A DNA stretch of 64,000 bases, taken from Daphnia carinata. Taxonomy: Eukaryota. The notes under the pieces were generated by a model. The model was not told the DNA's origin. It did no database searches and worked only from the letters and a program-made list of their open reading frames with translations. The translations under genes and the position numbers were made by a program. Below are positions 11,101-23,400 of the stretch, in pieces; position 1 is the stretch's first letter, and each line of letters opens with the position of its first letter. The DNA lies in the NCBI RefSeq assembly GCF_022539665.2, contig NC_081332.1, positions 4,712,001 to 4,776,000 on the forward strand. The letters run 5' to 3'.

Positions 11101-14100
11101 TTTTTTTTATCGGACTGATTCTTGAAACACTCCCGGCATGTTTTCGCTGTGCGGTCGTGTGGCTGTGTGTGTGTGTGTGTGTGTGTGTATGTTCTTGCAG
11201 GCAAGGGCAAGGTGAAGGCAGGCAAGGGCCGTCCGCTCAAGGGAGGAGGCGATCCGGCAGAGGAACCGATGAGTCCTGTGGACGTGGTGAGCGTCGCCAG
11301 CGGGCGGGGTTTGGGCGGCTCGGCTCCTGCCACGCCTACTGAGGCCGAGACGGCCACCAACTCGTCAGCCACCGGATCCTGGAGCAGGAACTCTTTGCGG
11401 GGCTCAAAATGTAATTTCTCCGACTTTCTTCTCTATCTCGCAATCCTTGTTGTTTCACACGCGTCGATCGAATTGCATCAAAAGCCTTGAAACTATCTAC
11501 TTTTTCTCGCCTTCTACTCGATCTGTCGGATATTGTGACACACCTTGCATTTTCTCCATGCTCTTATAGGAATAACGTGGGGCACTCTATTTCTTGTAGC
11601 ATTGTCGAGTGGCAGTAAGACCGAGTGGATGTAGAACCCAGGGGATGTCAACTTGCGCACTTAAGGGTTTTTTGTTTGAGATCCCTAATTCTAGTATAAC
11701 CATAGTTGAACGTTTTTTTTCCCCCAATCAATCAAAAGAATTGCAATTAAGTCTGTCTTGCATCCACTCGCATAAACTCGAGCTGACGCGGAATGGTAAC
11801 AGCTAGTTGTGTGCAATGCGGAAGACGAAAATCCTATTCGAAGGATGGTCTTGATTTTCTGGCAACAAACACTTTGCTTGAATCTTCTTGCTTGTGTGCT
11901 GCGATTTTTTTTTTTTTTTGCTGTTTTGCTAGATTATTGGCATTTTTTTCTTTTGGACTTTTTGCTCTTCTAAACTGACTGATACTTATTCTACCAGTCT
12001 TTCTATCAACAATGGCGGCGGCGCTCACTGAGGTTTTCACTTCTGTCATCTCTGGTGTTTCAAAAGTCTATACTTTTCTTTTTCTTCGCCTTTTTTTTTT
12101 TTTTTTTTTGGTTTCCTTAAGTTAACGCTGACACTTTAATTTAACGTAGCTCGGCGGAATTCCCATCAAACTTGCCCTAGCGACTATCCATTCCTCACCT
12201 CCCACACCCGTTAAATTTATAAAAAAAAATTTCTAACTCAAGTAATTTGATTTTTACCGATTAGTTGAGGCTGATCGTTTGCCGCGTTTCTTATTCTTGT
12301 TCCACGTTGCAGTCCGCCATCATCGTTTTATTTCGTTGTTGACGTAGACGTGGTATGCACTGATGACGTTGTGCCTCTGATATTTCGAAAAAATGACAGG
12401 ACATTAAAAAAAATTTTTATGGATAAAACTGACCAGCTAGTTATGCAGAAACTATAGTTCTCGTGCTCTCCTGTACGCTATTTTGTTTGTCTGCATAGGC
12501 AAAAGACTAAAAAAGAAATGGAAGAAATAACGGATGTGCAAATCTGGCTGGCGCGGATCGAAAAATGGTGGATTTGTATAATCACTTATTTTTTTTTCCC
12601 TTGAAAATTAAATACTATCGAACAAAAAAAAGAAGGAAATGGAAGAACCTTTTACCCATGCTTTTGTTGTATTCATCCCCTTTTTTCCGCCATTTGAAAT
12701 TCAGATGATTATAACCTGGAATGGGTGTGGTGTTGAGCTGCCTATATTTTCTCATTATGATTTCCTTCGTGATTTTCTCTTGTTGTTTGTTGAATTTCTC
12801 CTTAAAACAAGCGAAACAAACTACAACTGTTTTAAGTACAACAACAACAACAACTATTTCTAAATAAATCACAGACGAATCGCCTCCTCGCTCTTCCACA
12901 TCGTCCTCCGCCCAAACTTCCATCTCCGGATTGGGGATCGCTTCTTGGACTGCAGGTGAAACTTGCTCCCTCTATCTCTTTTTTTTATTTTCTTTCCTCT
13001 TCTTTTTACAAAAAAAAAAGAAAAACATTCACCCCAAAAAACAAAACAACACAATGCTTTGGTTTAATATTTTCTCTTTCACTGTCTGTTTTGTTTTATT
13101 GGTTTTCATTTGTCCCTGGCAAGGCAAAAAATTATTCGAAAGAAATCACAACTCTTGTATTTCTCTATCGTTTCAAAACGCATGCTCTCCTACAATTTGG
13201 GGCACAACTATGGATTTCGTTTTTCGTAGAAAACTTTCCTCCTCCCCCCTTTTTTGTGTTATTTTTTCATTTGAAAAAGAAAAACCTTCGTAGCCATCCC
13301 TGCTTTATATTTATTTATTATTATTATTATTTTTTATTTTTCAATTTCCTGTGCCATGCTAGCTCCTCTTTTGCGCTTTCCATATCGTGCGAGTCACATT
13401 CCGTCGTCCTTGTTGTCATGGTCGTTGCCCTCTTTTACTTTCTTCTATCAACGTCTGGGGAACATTTAAACTGTGATCGATCCGGCCAGATCGATGAAAC
13501 TCGACCGGGCAACGACGACCACATTTTAATGTTTCCCTGCTGTTTTTATTATTGTTTTTCCCTCATTCTCTCTCTCTTTTTTTTAATTTATTTATTTATT
13601 TATGTTTGAATATTTTTTTCTTTGATGTTTAGTTGTCAATATGTAGAATATGTTGTCGTTGCGTTGCCAGTCTGTGAGAGGGGGGAGGAGGCGTTGTGAG
13701 ATTGGGACGGATATCCCGCGGGAGAGTCGTTGCCCTTGAATCAGAAATGTGACGGGGTTTGATATCTGAACTCTTGTATTTATTTTTGTATTTTTTTTTT
13801 CTTTCCCCTTCTCTTTCGCCCTCGTTTCATTGTCATCGGTTGGTTGCCGTTGTGGTTGGCCCTGTTGTATTTGCCCAACTCGGACGCTTCTCTCACCGTC
13901 GTTTGCGGGAATGCTTACCATTCGGCGAATGGCAGGGTTTCTCAAAAGCCGCCGCGACCGCAGAAAGGAGAAAGACAAGGACAAGAGTAAAGTGTCGAAG
14001 AAGAAACGCGATTCAGATGCATCCAGTATCAAAAGCGATGGGGAGCCGAACTTGACTGGAACCGCAGCGGGTGCCGCCGTCATTAGCGCCGAAGCAAGAA

Positions 14101-16950
14101 GCAACATTTCCAGCGGCAGCGGCAACATCACAGCTGGAGGCGCGGCTGGAAGTGGCGGCAGTGGTCTCGATACGAACAGTTTCGGTCGTGAAAAAGAGCG
14201 GCAAGAAAAAGATGAGAGCCCGTTGTACTCGGCTGGCGACACCGCCTCCGATAGCGCCGTTAAAGTAGACGATGAGGGCTACACCATACGGCCGCGGGAT
14301 GAAGCATGGAACGCGGAGAAAACGAGCGGTTTCTACTCGAGTTCCGACGCAGATTCGGGTAATTCATTATTATGATTTCGTTTTGAAATGTTTCTTTTAA
14401 TGTTATTGTATTGATTGGTAGATGACGAGCCAGAGCGAAAATTGCATGTTGAAATCAAACCTATTACTAATGGAGCCAATCTTCCAAGTGCTACTGTTGA
14501 TGAGCTAAAGGCGACCATTGAGGGATTCAATATCAACACATCCATGTTTAACACAGCCGTAAGTCATTTAACTTAAAATGTTAATAACTTGAACGATTTT
14601 TCGTGTTTTTTTATTAAACTCTTCTTGACGTTGTAGTCCCGTAAGAACACTTCGATGGATTCCCATTCGACTTCTCAATTGAGTATGGGGTGAGTGAACT
14701 AGGACGAATTTAAATAAATGAGGACACATTTCTATGTGTGATGTTGGCAATTCACAGGAAATCGAGTAGCGATTTGGTTGGTCTGAATCTCTTCCACAGT
14801 CCTACCAATTCCAATACATCCACTCCGACTGGTACAGTCGCCCCTGGTCATCTTTACGGATCCATGATGTCACCTACGAGGACAGGATCGCCCTCAAATC
14901 GGCATAATACAGCAACACCTGGTATTTTAATCCATACAAGAATTTTTGCCTTAAGTGTTTTTAATTGACTAGTTTTTTTTTCAAATTTCACAGCATGCGC
15001 TGGTGAAGATTTATTTGATGAAGTGGGGGAAATCGTTCCAGCCTTGCCTCCTAAACAGGGAAGATTGCCAGCCCCCAATTCCCGAGGCAGTACGCCTACT
15101 CTCGGCAGCATCGCCGTTCCCCGGCCACCTTCTCGGAAAGGAATGGAGGTAAACAAATCGATCAGAATCAAATAAAAGTAGTAGGAAAACAACCTTCAGA
15201 ATGAGCTTAAGGGTTACATCCCTTTGGCTCTGATCAATGACGAAAGATCCCAAGTTGATCCCCTGGAAATGGAAGAAGGGACGTTTTAATAGGGACGCAT
15301 GGATTAATCTTGTGTTATACAACAGGCCACTGCCAGATTGGCCGCAGCCAGTCCCCTTACACTTCAGTCGTCACCTGCCCCCAGTGCCAACGCATTTTCA
15401 ACTAGCATGCCACGAGCTGAGTCTGTTCTTAGCCTCGACTTCAGATCTGGTGACACAGCAAACAAAATGCGTTGAATGTATCCCGTTGCTAACTGTCTCA
15501 TGTACGAACTCGTTGCAGGCGTGTCAACCTCACCAACATCATTGAGCCGGCCGGGATCAAGATCTGCCGGACCGTCACCGCTGACCGTCAGCCTGCCTTC
15601 AGGGGGAAGCGCGGGCGCTGTCGATAGTATCCCACTTGCAGTAGCATTCCAAGAAGTTGTTCACGCCTTGTTCCGCGGAACAGACGAGGCGAGGTATTTC
15701 TATCTTACGATGTTTAATGAGAAATGCAAAAATATTTAAGACTTTCATTGATCACTGTAGGTGCCAAGTGCGGATCAGCGGGGACATGATGCTCTCATTT
15801 CCAGCTGGTTTGGTCCAGTTGATCAATGCCCAGCCGAACCACAACATACCGCCCATATCATTCCGTATTCGCAATTTCCAGAATCTGGAGAACGTCGTTC
15901 CCAACAAACAAGTGCTCAACATGTGAGTTTTACTTCCGGATAAATGTTTCTACTCTTTATGCCGTCTCGCCTAATGCATTTCTTCCTTTAGGGAACAAGA
16001 TCTGATGAGCGTGGAGCCCTTATTCCATTTCAACATGCCACAGTTAACTTTGCTACTTAAGCGGCAAGCCGAACAGAACCCGTCGGCGTCCTACTTCAAC
16101 GTCGATATCCTCAAGGTAAATTTGCAAGGCATATCGAGGAAGAAAGGGAATCAGCCATTCGTTTGCATAAAATTACGAATTCAAATTTTCAAGACTTTCT
16201 AAAATGGAATGTACTCGTCTTTTTGGAAATGATTTCAGTATCAAGTCAAAGCCCAAAGTGGGACCGGATCGGCGCCACTGCACTTGGTGGCCTACTGGAA
16301 GTGCGAACCTTCACAGACGGACGTGCGGCTGGACTACAAGTTCAACGCCCACGCCCAAGTGTCGCCGGCCCCGCTGCGCAATCTCATGATTTCCGTGCCC
16401 ATCGAAGGAGCTGTGACGGCGATGCAAGCCAAACCGCAAGGAGAATGGCAAGTCGATTGTGTTTTTTGTTTTATTCTTTCCCTATTGTTCTCGTTTCGTG
16501 CCTTGATTGAATTAATGTGATTTTATTGATGACATTTTGGGGTAAATCCCAACGTTGTAGGATGGGCAACAGCAATCGCGCTTTGTGGAAGCTGCCGGAA
16601 ATGTCGGTAGAGACGGATGGTGCCAACAACATGGGCTCGATACGAGCCCGTTTCAACCTGAGCGGCAGTTCAGGTAGTCCAACGACAATCACTGCTCACT
16701 TTGGCTGCGACGGCTCTACTATGAGTGGCGCCGAAATGGAGCTGGTCTCGACGGGATACCGGACATCCTTGGTCAAAAGACGTTTCGTAGCCGGTGAGTT
16801 TATATAGTTGTCTCTTGTTTATTTTTCCGAATTTAAAATTCATGTGTATTCATTTCATATCAAGGCAAATATCTTTGCGAAGCCGAGGCCTCAGTTCTTC
16901 AAAACAATCGCTACGCGGCTCCACCGGGCCCGACTTCTACCGAATGTTGA
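8129..16950 (+). CDS. FCHO2: F-BAR domain only protein (FCHo1/2 / muniscin family): F-BAR, linker with APA motif, mu-homology domain
   Basis: N-terminus MVDFCDYFW|GERNGGFDVLYHNMKYG...KELAEFLRER matches the FCHO F-BAR start. APA-like VDDEGYTIRP...FYSSSDADSDDEPERKLHVEIKPI...ATVDELK. muHD: DSIPLAVAFQEVVHALFRG, APLHLVAYWKCEPSQTDVRLDYKFN, GYRTSLVKRRFVAGKYL. Core exons: 8129-8155, 8375-8466, 8740-9052, 9119-9340, 9419-9517, 9580-9805, [linker cassettes], 13936-14358, 14422-14558, 14637-14689, 14758-14921, 14994-15148, 15326-15449, 15519-15693, 15761-15922, 15992-16115, 16239-16447 (GC donor), 16561-16793, 16865-16950 (ends ...PTSTEC TGA). Confidence 0.93.
10148..10327 (+). CDS. FCHO linker cassette exon, 180 nt, phase 1-1, highly basic
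   Basis: AG|ATGGTGAG...GCCCAGG|GTAGGT; stop-free DGESRKKAYKKSISTKEEKKEKRSKRDSEDGRVAGKQGSRRATSLLNLFTSSSSSSPNAQ; preceded by about 195 nt with no AG. Confidence 0.7.
11165..11188. repeat. (GT)n microsatellite just upstream of the 11201 acceptor
   Basis: Direct dinucleotide run. Confidence 0.9.
11201..11410 (+). CDS. FCHO linker exon, 210 nt, phase 1-1
   Basis: TTGCAG|GCAAGGGC...TCAAAAT|GTAATT; GC-rich and stop-free; splicing to 13936 gives ...RGSK-W-FLKSRR. Confidence 0.75.
12875..12955 (+). CDS. FCHO linker cassette exon, 81 nt, phase 1-1, Ser-rich
   Basis: CACAG|ACGAATCG...ACTGCAG|GTGAAA; encodes xESPPRSSTSSSAQTSISGLGIASWTA; a GC-rich island in an AT-rich intron. Confidence 0.55.
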
Positions 16951-17181
16951 ACAAGGAATTCATGGAACCTGTTTGAAGCCAGTCACGAAGGTTCAACCAA
17001 CTCGCATGTAATCGAATCGGAAGGAACCTTTGTTTTTTAGAAACACATATTCTCTTGTATACACACCTATTCAAAAACAAAACAAAAAAAAATGTTGAAA
17101 CATTCGGTCTTTCCCGAATCGACGCTCTTCCTCCCTTTTCATTCAAATCTTTTTAAACCAACAAAAAAAAAAATCATGATT

Positions 17182-17206
17182 AATAATAATAATAATAATA
17201 ATAATA
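17182..17206. repeat. (AAT)n microsatellite in the FCHO 3' UTR
   Basis: Direct trinucleotide run. Confidence 0.9.
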
Positions 17207-17879
17207 AAGTAACGGGTTTAACCAATTGTTGTCCTGTTCAGCAGCAATAGCAGAAAAAAACCAACTGATTTGCATGTTGAATAATTGTTACATGTAAAGT
17301 TGCCTTACCTTGAAAAGGGCAAGACATCACTTTATCTTTCTTATATTTGCCCTAGTTCTCTTGTTTCTTCTTACATTTTCTGGGTCATAATACGATTACA
17401 AACAAAAACAAAAAAATCTACCTATTTTTGTAAATAAACTGCCAACCCGTTCTATATATACATCCTAAAAAAAAAAATCCCTGTGCTAATCGTTATTTTT
17501 CTGTTTTTATTTATGAACGTGTCCTCTTTACTGATCCGCTTTCTATTTCCATGCTGCACGTACGTTCAGTGTTGATTGCCTTGCGGTTTTGTGTGTGTCC
17601 CCGATAATCGACTCTCTTTCTTCCCCCACAGAAAACAAGAAAGATGGGGGCCACTGATGTGCCCGTCTTTATAGCTCTTGGAACGCACAGAGAAGAAAAG
17701 ATCGAACATAAAGGAGAACTGTAACGTGAAGCATGCATCCTGACAGATAAGCTTTAGCACGCCGACTGTCACGAAATGGTAGTGGGCGAAAACAAAAATG
17801 GATGGAAACAAAAGGACAAAAAAAAGGCAACACTGTAAAGAATTGTTTTCTTGTCAAAGTTTGGGACACCGTTCTAAAA

Positions 17880-18626
17880 ACGGACGTGGTTAAGTGGCGA
17901 TATCAACTCGAGCACACACAATCTGTTACGTCAGTTGTTTCCTATTTTTTTTTTTTTTGAAGTTTAGAGATCGAGACCACAGATGGCCAAATGTCGAGGA
18001 TAGTGACAAATAAAAGTCAGCTGGCGGATGCGCGCGCGCGCCCTGTTCTGTAGTCGGCCCGAAAGGGACTTGCGCGAAACATTGGTGTTCCGATTGTAAT
18101 GTCTTTCTTTTTTCTTTGCTGGCGATATGAGCGCGCAGCAACTCGTCAGATGCGTCAACGTACACACAACGGCCTTCCCCTGTCGTTTTTGTCGGTTGGT
18201 CGGCAGCCATCATAGCGGACGAGTTTTGTCAGCCGCTCGGACTTGATTTACGTGAACAGGCATCCGACGCCTGCTGTTGGAAACACACCCGTCGTACTGC
18301 AGCCGAGTAGACATCTCAACTTTGTCTTCAATCTGTTAAACAAACAAAAAGTGCCTTCATTATCGAAGCAGACTCTCGAATGGCTTGAACCTTTCAGCAC
18401 AAAATCGGCGTGTGTCATCGCCAGGACTTTTTTTTTTTCGATTTCATTCGAAATATCGTGTGTGTGTGTGTGTTTTGTTTAGTTGCTGTGTCGTATACAG
18501 TGTCGTCTGTGTGTGCCTGTTTCTGACGAACGTGGAGTACTTGTCAATGTGTGTGTGTGACGTGGACACACACACGCGATAGTTTTTTCTTGGTACCAAA
18601 CAGCCGGGAAAAACCGACGGGGCCAG
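17880..18626 (+). promoter_or_regulatory. Probable CAPS promoter and non-coding first exon
   Basis: Locally GC/CpG-rich segment (GCGCGCGCGCGCC near 18030) just past the FCHO 3' UTR, with a candidate donor CCAG|GTATCC at 18627. The first CAPS coding exon begins at a splice acceptor (TTATTAG|G, 26268), which implies an upstream UTR exon. Confidence 0.4.
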
Positions 18627-20499
18627 GTATCCACGCGATTTGCTATTCGCTATATATATTCCTGGAACGAACTTTCATTGCTATTCACTTCAATTCATAT
18701 TTTTTGAACAAAAAGGGACCAACAAAAAAATAAAGGTTAGTTTTGTTTGCTTTCTTTCGTCACGTATCAGGATTCATTGATGTGTGAGTAATGTCACATT
18801 GTTACCTATTCCAATAGACTCTTTGCTTGCAAATGTTTTGTTGCGGCGAATCACACGGTGGGGGTTTATTGATGCCACCCAATGGCATACATTATTCAAT
18901 TCGTACTCGTCGAACGGTTGTCGATTTTTGTACACTTCGGCTTTTTTTTTGTTGTTGTTCCTTTTGTAAATGTTATTTGCAGTGACTGTGGGTGTAGGAC
19001 TTAATCCGTATTGATTTTGGGGTTCTTGTCAGTTGCTGCGGGTGTGAGTAACGACCATGATTTACACTCCTCCCCTTTGAAAAAAAAAGATAAAACGCGA
19101 TCCATGACGAGCCGCAATCGTTTTTCTTGCACAAATTGATTTGAAGTCGCCGTATATTTTTTTACTTTTTGCGTCGTTCGTTTTTATTATGGGTTTGATT
19201 TGTCTTTTGGACTCAGCATTTTTCATTCGTTGGTTGTCTGTTAAACCAATAAAGAGAAATACGGCGCTGTTTGCTCTAGTTTTTGCCGATCGTTTGCGTC
19301 CCGTACAAATTGTAATAACGAAGCGAGGAAGTAGCGCTGATCAAACACGTCCACGTTTCCATGTTTTTAATAAACTGGAAGAGGCAGGAAATTGTAGTCG
19401 GTTTATGGTTTTCCTCTCGTCTTTACCTCGTTTTCAAATTAAATTTTTCGATGAAAATTTCTATGACTGCCTCCATTTCGCACGATCTTTATGTCCACAT
19501 CTGATTAGTTGTGATCGATCAAGAAAGTTTTTTGCAATGACGAAGCCCGAGCCACGAAACGTAGAACTAGTAGTCCCACGCTCGACTTGCGCTACGTCCT
19601 CCACCACTTCTCGATGCATTCACGAGGAAAACGGGCGGGGAGGAAGTCGTGAGCTAGACAACTCTTATTCTTTCGAAAGAAAAATGTCGTGGACTGCAAC
19701 GCAGTCGCAGGATATACGAAATATAGTCGGCACTAACAAAGCTGAAAAGAAATAAATGCCAACAGCTTTAAATACAAAATGCGACCTTTGCCGTCTAGGG
19801 ATTATTATCAATTTAGAAACGCGACTCTGTCAAGAAAAAAAAATATGGAAAAGAAAAAATAGGCTTAATATTAGACGAAATATTAAACTTTTCCTCTCTT
19901 ATTTCCATCAGTTAACTTTTTGGCTCTTTTTCTTCCATGCACGCAAAGAATAATTTGCTTTTTCTCCGTATTTCTGTACTGGGGATGCAACCACCTCGTA
20001 TTGATCGTTCCCTTTGCGCTCGGAGAAGAGACTCAACTGCTGCTGAACGGCCAGTGTTCGGGGGAGGGAACTGGGGGACACAAACAAGGAGAGAGTCGAA
20101 TGGGAGCGTGAAAAGGACACTACCGCATCGCCCGAGATGTTTTTTGGCCTTTCGCTTATTGTCCATGACTGTACAATGAGACATCAAGCCGAAGCTTAGC
20201 GTTTCTCAATTGTTTAGAGAGGGGCGACCGTCTTCCTTCTGCGCAAAATCAGTGCGCGAACATAGCCAGTACATACCGCACTAGTTCACGCCGCTGGCGG
20301 GGAGTTATCAACGACAACTTCTTTCTTTTGCGGTAATAGTATCTCTATTACATAAACGACGTCCGAGTCCTTTGCGACATCTTAAAAATGGGGGGAAACG
20401 CAGAGAGACATAAACAATACAGAAGAGAGCTTCGGTTTCTTTCTTGCTTCCGCTTTTACGATTATCATAACGAGTCGAAAACCCGTCATCCGTTCGATA

Positions 20500-23400
20500 A
20501 AACCACTCAACCTTTTGGCTTCATATCTTTTTTTTTTTTATTAAAGAGTCTCATGGCGACGGTGGAGATCCATTGAGTGTCTTCTTTTCGCTTCAGTTGT
20601 TTCCGTTTTGATGAAAAATTGTAATCAATCGCAATCGTCCAGTATACGAAAGAAGTAGAGAATCTTGTGTGAAAAGTCATGTGCAGCGATTGGCAATCCT
20701 TTCGTCGACTGATGAGCCACTGGGAAGCCATATCGTCTATTGTTCCGTGGCTTTCTAAGGAACACAATCGCCTTCTGAGATGAGATCGACTCTGAAACCT
20801 TCATTTATTTTGGCTTTGTTTTTCTGGGGGGGAGGTTTTGACGAAGGCATTGACTTCACACTTGGATCGATCCACCAGCTGCACAAATATGATGGCTTTC
20901 TTTTAAAAGAAAGAAGAAAAGATTTCATTAAAATCTCGCAGTGTTTAGGAGTATTATTGTCTCACCCAGACGTCTCGTTTTATTGTTCACGAAGAGCAAG
21001 GACGTTGAAAAAAGAGATCGATCGATGTTGTAGTCGTTTATGGTTTGCTTGGCAACCATCGTATAACCATTGGAATTTCTTCTCGCTAAAATATGGAGTG
21101 ATACGCTCGACACATTTTCGCCTCCATGTTGATGATAATTTGAGTTGCAGATTTTGATATTCGGCTGTAATCTTCTTGAAAATGTTTTCCAACATAGATC
21201 TCATTGTCATTCATAGCGGCGACGATTCTTTCGGTCACACGGAGATGATGAGTCTTCCTTAGATGAGCGTATGATGCAAACTCCATAATGAGGTTGTGCA
21301 GCCTTGGATGCATGAAGTGCCGTCGCCTCAAGGTTGAGAATAAAATCTGTTTGTATGAGTTGTGGGAGGTATCCATTTCAGGGAATCCCGCCTTCAGCGG
21401 ACGAAAGTTGTGAATTATCGATCGCCTGATTAGATCTCCCTTTTCCTACAATTTTCGACATCTGAGTTGGACGCGAGGCACACCAACTTGCAACATGGAT
21501 TATGACCGCGCTGTGTGGGGAACGGATAAGAATGCCTGGCCACTGTGCCCTCGGCCTGGACTCAGGTTCCTGTTGACACACACAGAATATGGAAGAGAAC
21601 AGCGACATCGGCTCTTGTTTGTCGAACAAACTGCCAACTAAGAACGAAAGCCGTTTGTTGTTTTGTAGGAGGATTCAACTCCACTCAGCCTTCATGAGTG
21701 GCGGAACGTGGCCAGAATTCATGGAATTGGGTCCCTTCGTAACCGTTTTCTTTTCATCTTCGCTCGATTCATTTGCCGTATTATAAGCCAACATCATCTT
21801 TTTATCTCTTAAAACACTGTAGAGCTTGTACTTACTAGGACACACGAAGCGAGATGGATAGCTAGTGGATGGCACAGGCGGAGAGAATCTCTTTGTCAAC
21901 AAGAAATCTTGATTCCATCCGCCATCGAAATATTTTTCCTTCTTTTAGTTGAATGTATTCATCTCAGGTCAAGAATAAAATTCTGGCGAACTGGCCGGAT
22001 ACTATCACGATGTTTGGGTGCATATCTAAATGAAAAAGAGTTCAGCCAAATGAATTTAGAAGTGGGAGGGAAAAAAGCAACCAACTTTTTGTACGATTGA
22101 TTTCGTTTGACAGAGCGAGAAGAGAAGGCCAGCCGGGCACGCCCTTTTACGCATATTGATCTAAAAAGACCCGTACGATGTTATAAGCGAAATGCTGATC
22201 TTCCTTCCTAGTTCTTCCATGTCCTGGCCACTGGCCCACGGACGTTTTTCTGTTTACAATTGGCCGTTGTCCCGATATTTTTTTACATTCGTTCCAACTA
22301 GGGATAAATATGATTGAATTGCATGAAATTTTGTTATTCTAAAAACGGTGAAATGGCGATTGATCTCTTGGCCGTTCCATTTCTTTTGTTAACCCTATAT
22401 TTTTACGACGAATACCTTTTTTGTGGAGAATCTCTTATTTCCGTGAGCTGCTTTTTGCTTTCGTGCAGCTGTTGGCGTTCTGTGGAAAGGAAGAACTTGC
22501 CCTCTCTTTTCTGACTGGCTAGGTTTCAATTCCATTTTGCTGTAGTTTGGACGTAGATTTCCGTCCCTTTTTTGGGTGTGTTGTTTTGCTATTTAGGTAT
22601 CTCGTTTCGTGCTTTTTTTTTTATCTACTTTTGTTCGATTTTGCTGGAAAGCTTCTTTGTGTCGATCGAATTTCAGACAAATCTGGTCCTAGAAATAGAT
22701 TTTCATTTAGAAGGTTGACCTTCGTTACTCCGTCGTTTATTTAGAGTTACGGTAACTAAAATAATCCACAATGGCTGACATTCTTCTTTCGTTACATATT
22801 TCCAGTTCATGTTTGCCAAATGTTTGAAATCTGCAACAATGAGAGACACTCGCAGAAAAACAAAAATTGGATTTCAGATGTTCCCAAATGAGATCATTTA
22901 TTCTTAGCAGCTAATGACGATTTAATAAAGATTTGCTAATCTCTTTAATATAATAAAAATCACTATTTCGAAAAGCTAAAATTTTTGCTTTATTAAGCTT
23001 TAATTTTTCTTTGTCGCAACGCTGTTTCTCGTCAATCGATAAATAAGAAAATCGAAGGAAAGTTTTAGTCAGGTCTTGTCGAGTTTTCAGTTGAAACGCA
23101 ACGTATATTATTTCTTGATGCACGTACGTATCAGACTATATGTAATTGAATCCCAAAAAGTTGTTCACACCGAATTATTTCTCGGGCATGCCATATATCT
23201 CATCCGATATTTGATTATGGACTGCACTGGTTCATGGAAAGAGGTAACTGACAGTTACACGAAGCCAACCACGAGGTAAGTTACCAATGGGACTTACCAT
23301 TTCACTTTTGAGACATTTGGGTACGTTGTTCGAATGTATTTGTCTACCAAAATTTCTTACACTGTTGGATTTTGTTTTCTAAGTTATCCCTTTCCAAAAA

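Noticed and set aside
12956..13609. 217-aa Phe-rich ORF that looks like a membrane protein
   Set aside because: Artefact of poly-T intron sequence inside FCHO.
13592..14242. 216-aa minus-strand ORF
   Set aside because: Antisense shadow of the GC-rich FCHO exon 13936-14358.
16948..17040. Possible stop-codon readthrough of FCHO (about 29 open codons after TGA, small GAACCT/AGGTTC stem)
   Set aside because: TGA-A is not a favoured context and an open stretch of this length is expected by chance.
19141..19755. 204-aa plus-strand ORF with a hydrophobic N-terminus
   Set aside because: TTG start, Phe/Leu bias from T-rich intron DNA, no motif and no convincing splice boundaries.
23244..23258. Palindrome GTAACTG-A-CAGTTAC
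   Set aside because: A 7-bp stem is within chance expectation for 64 kb; no terminal-repeat partner or target-site duplication found.
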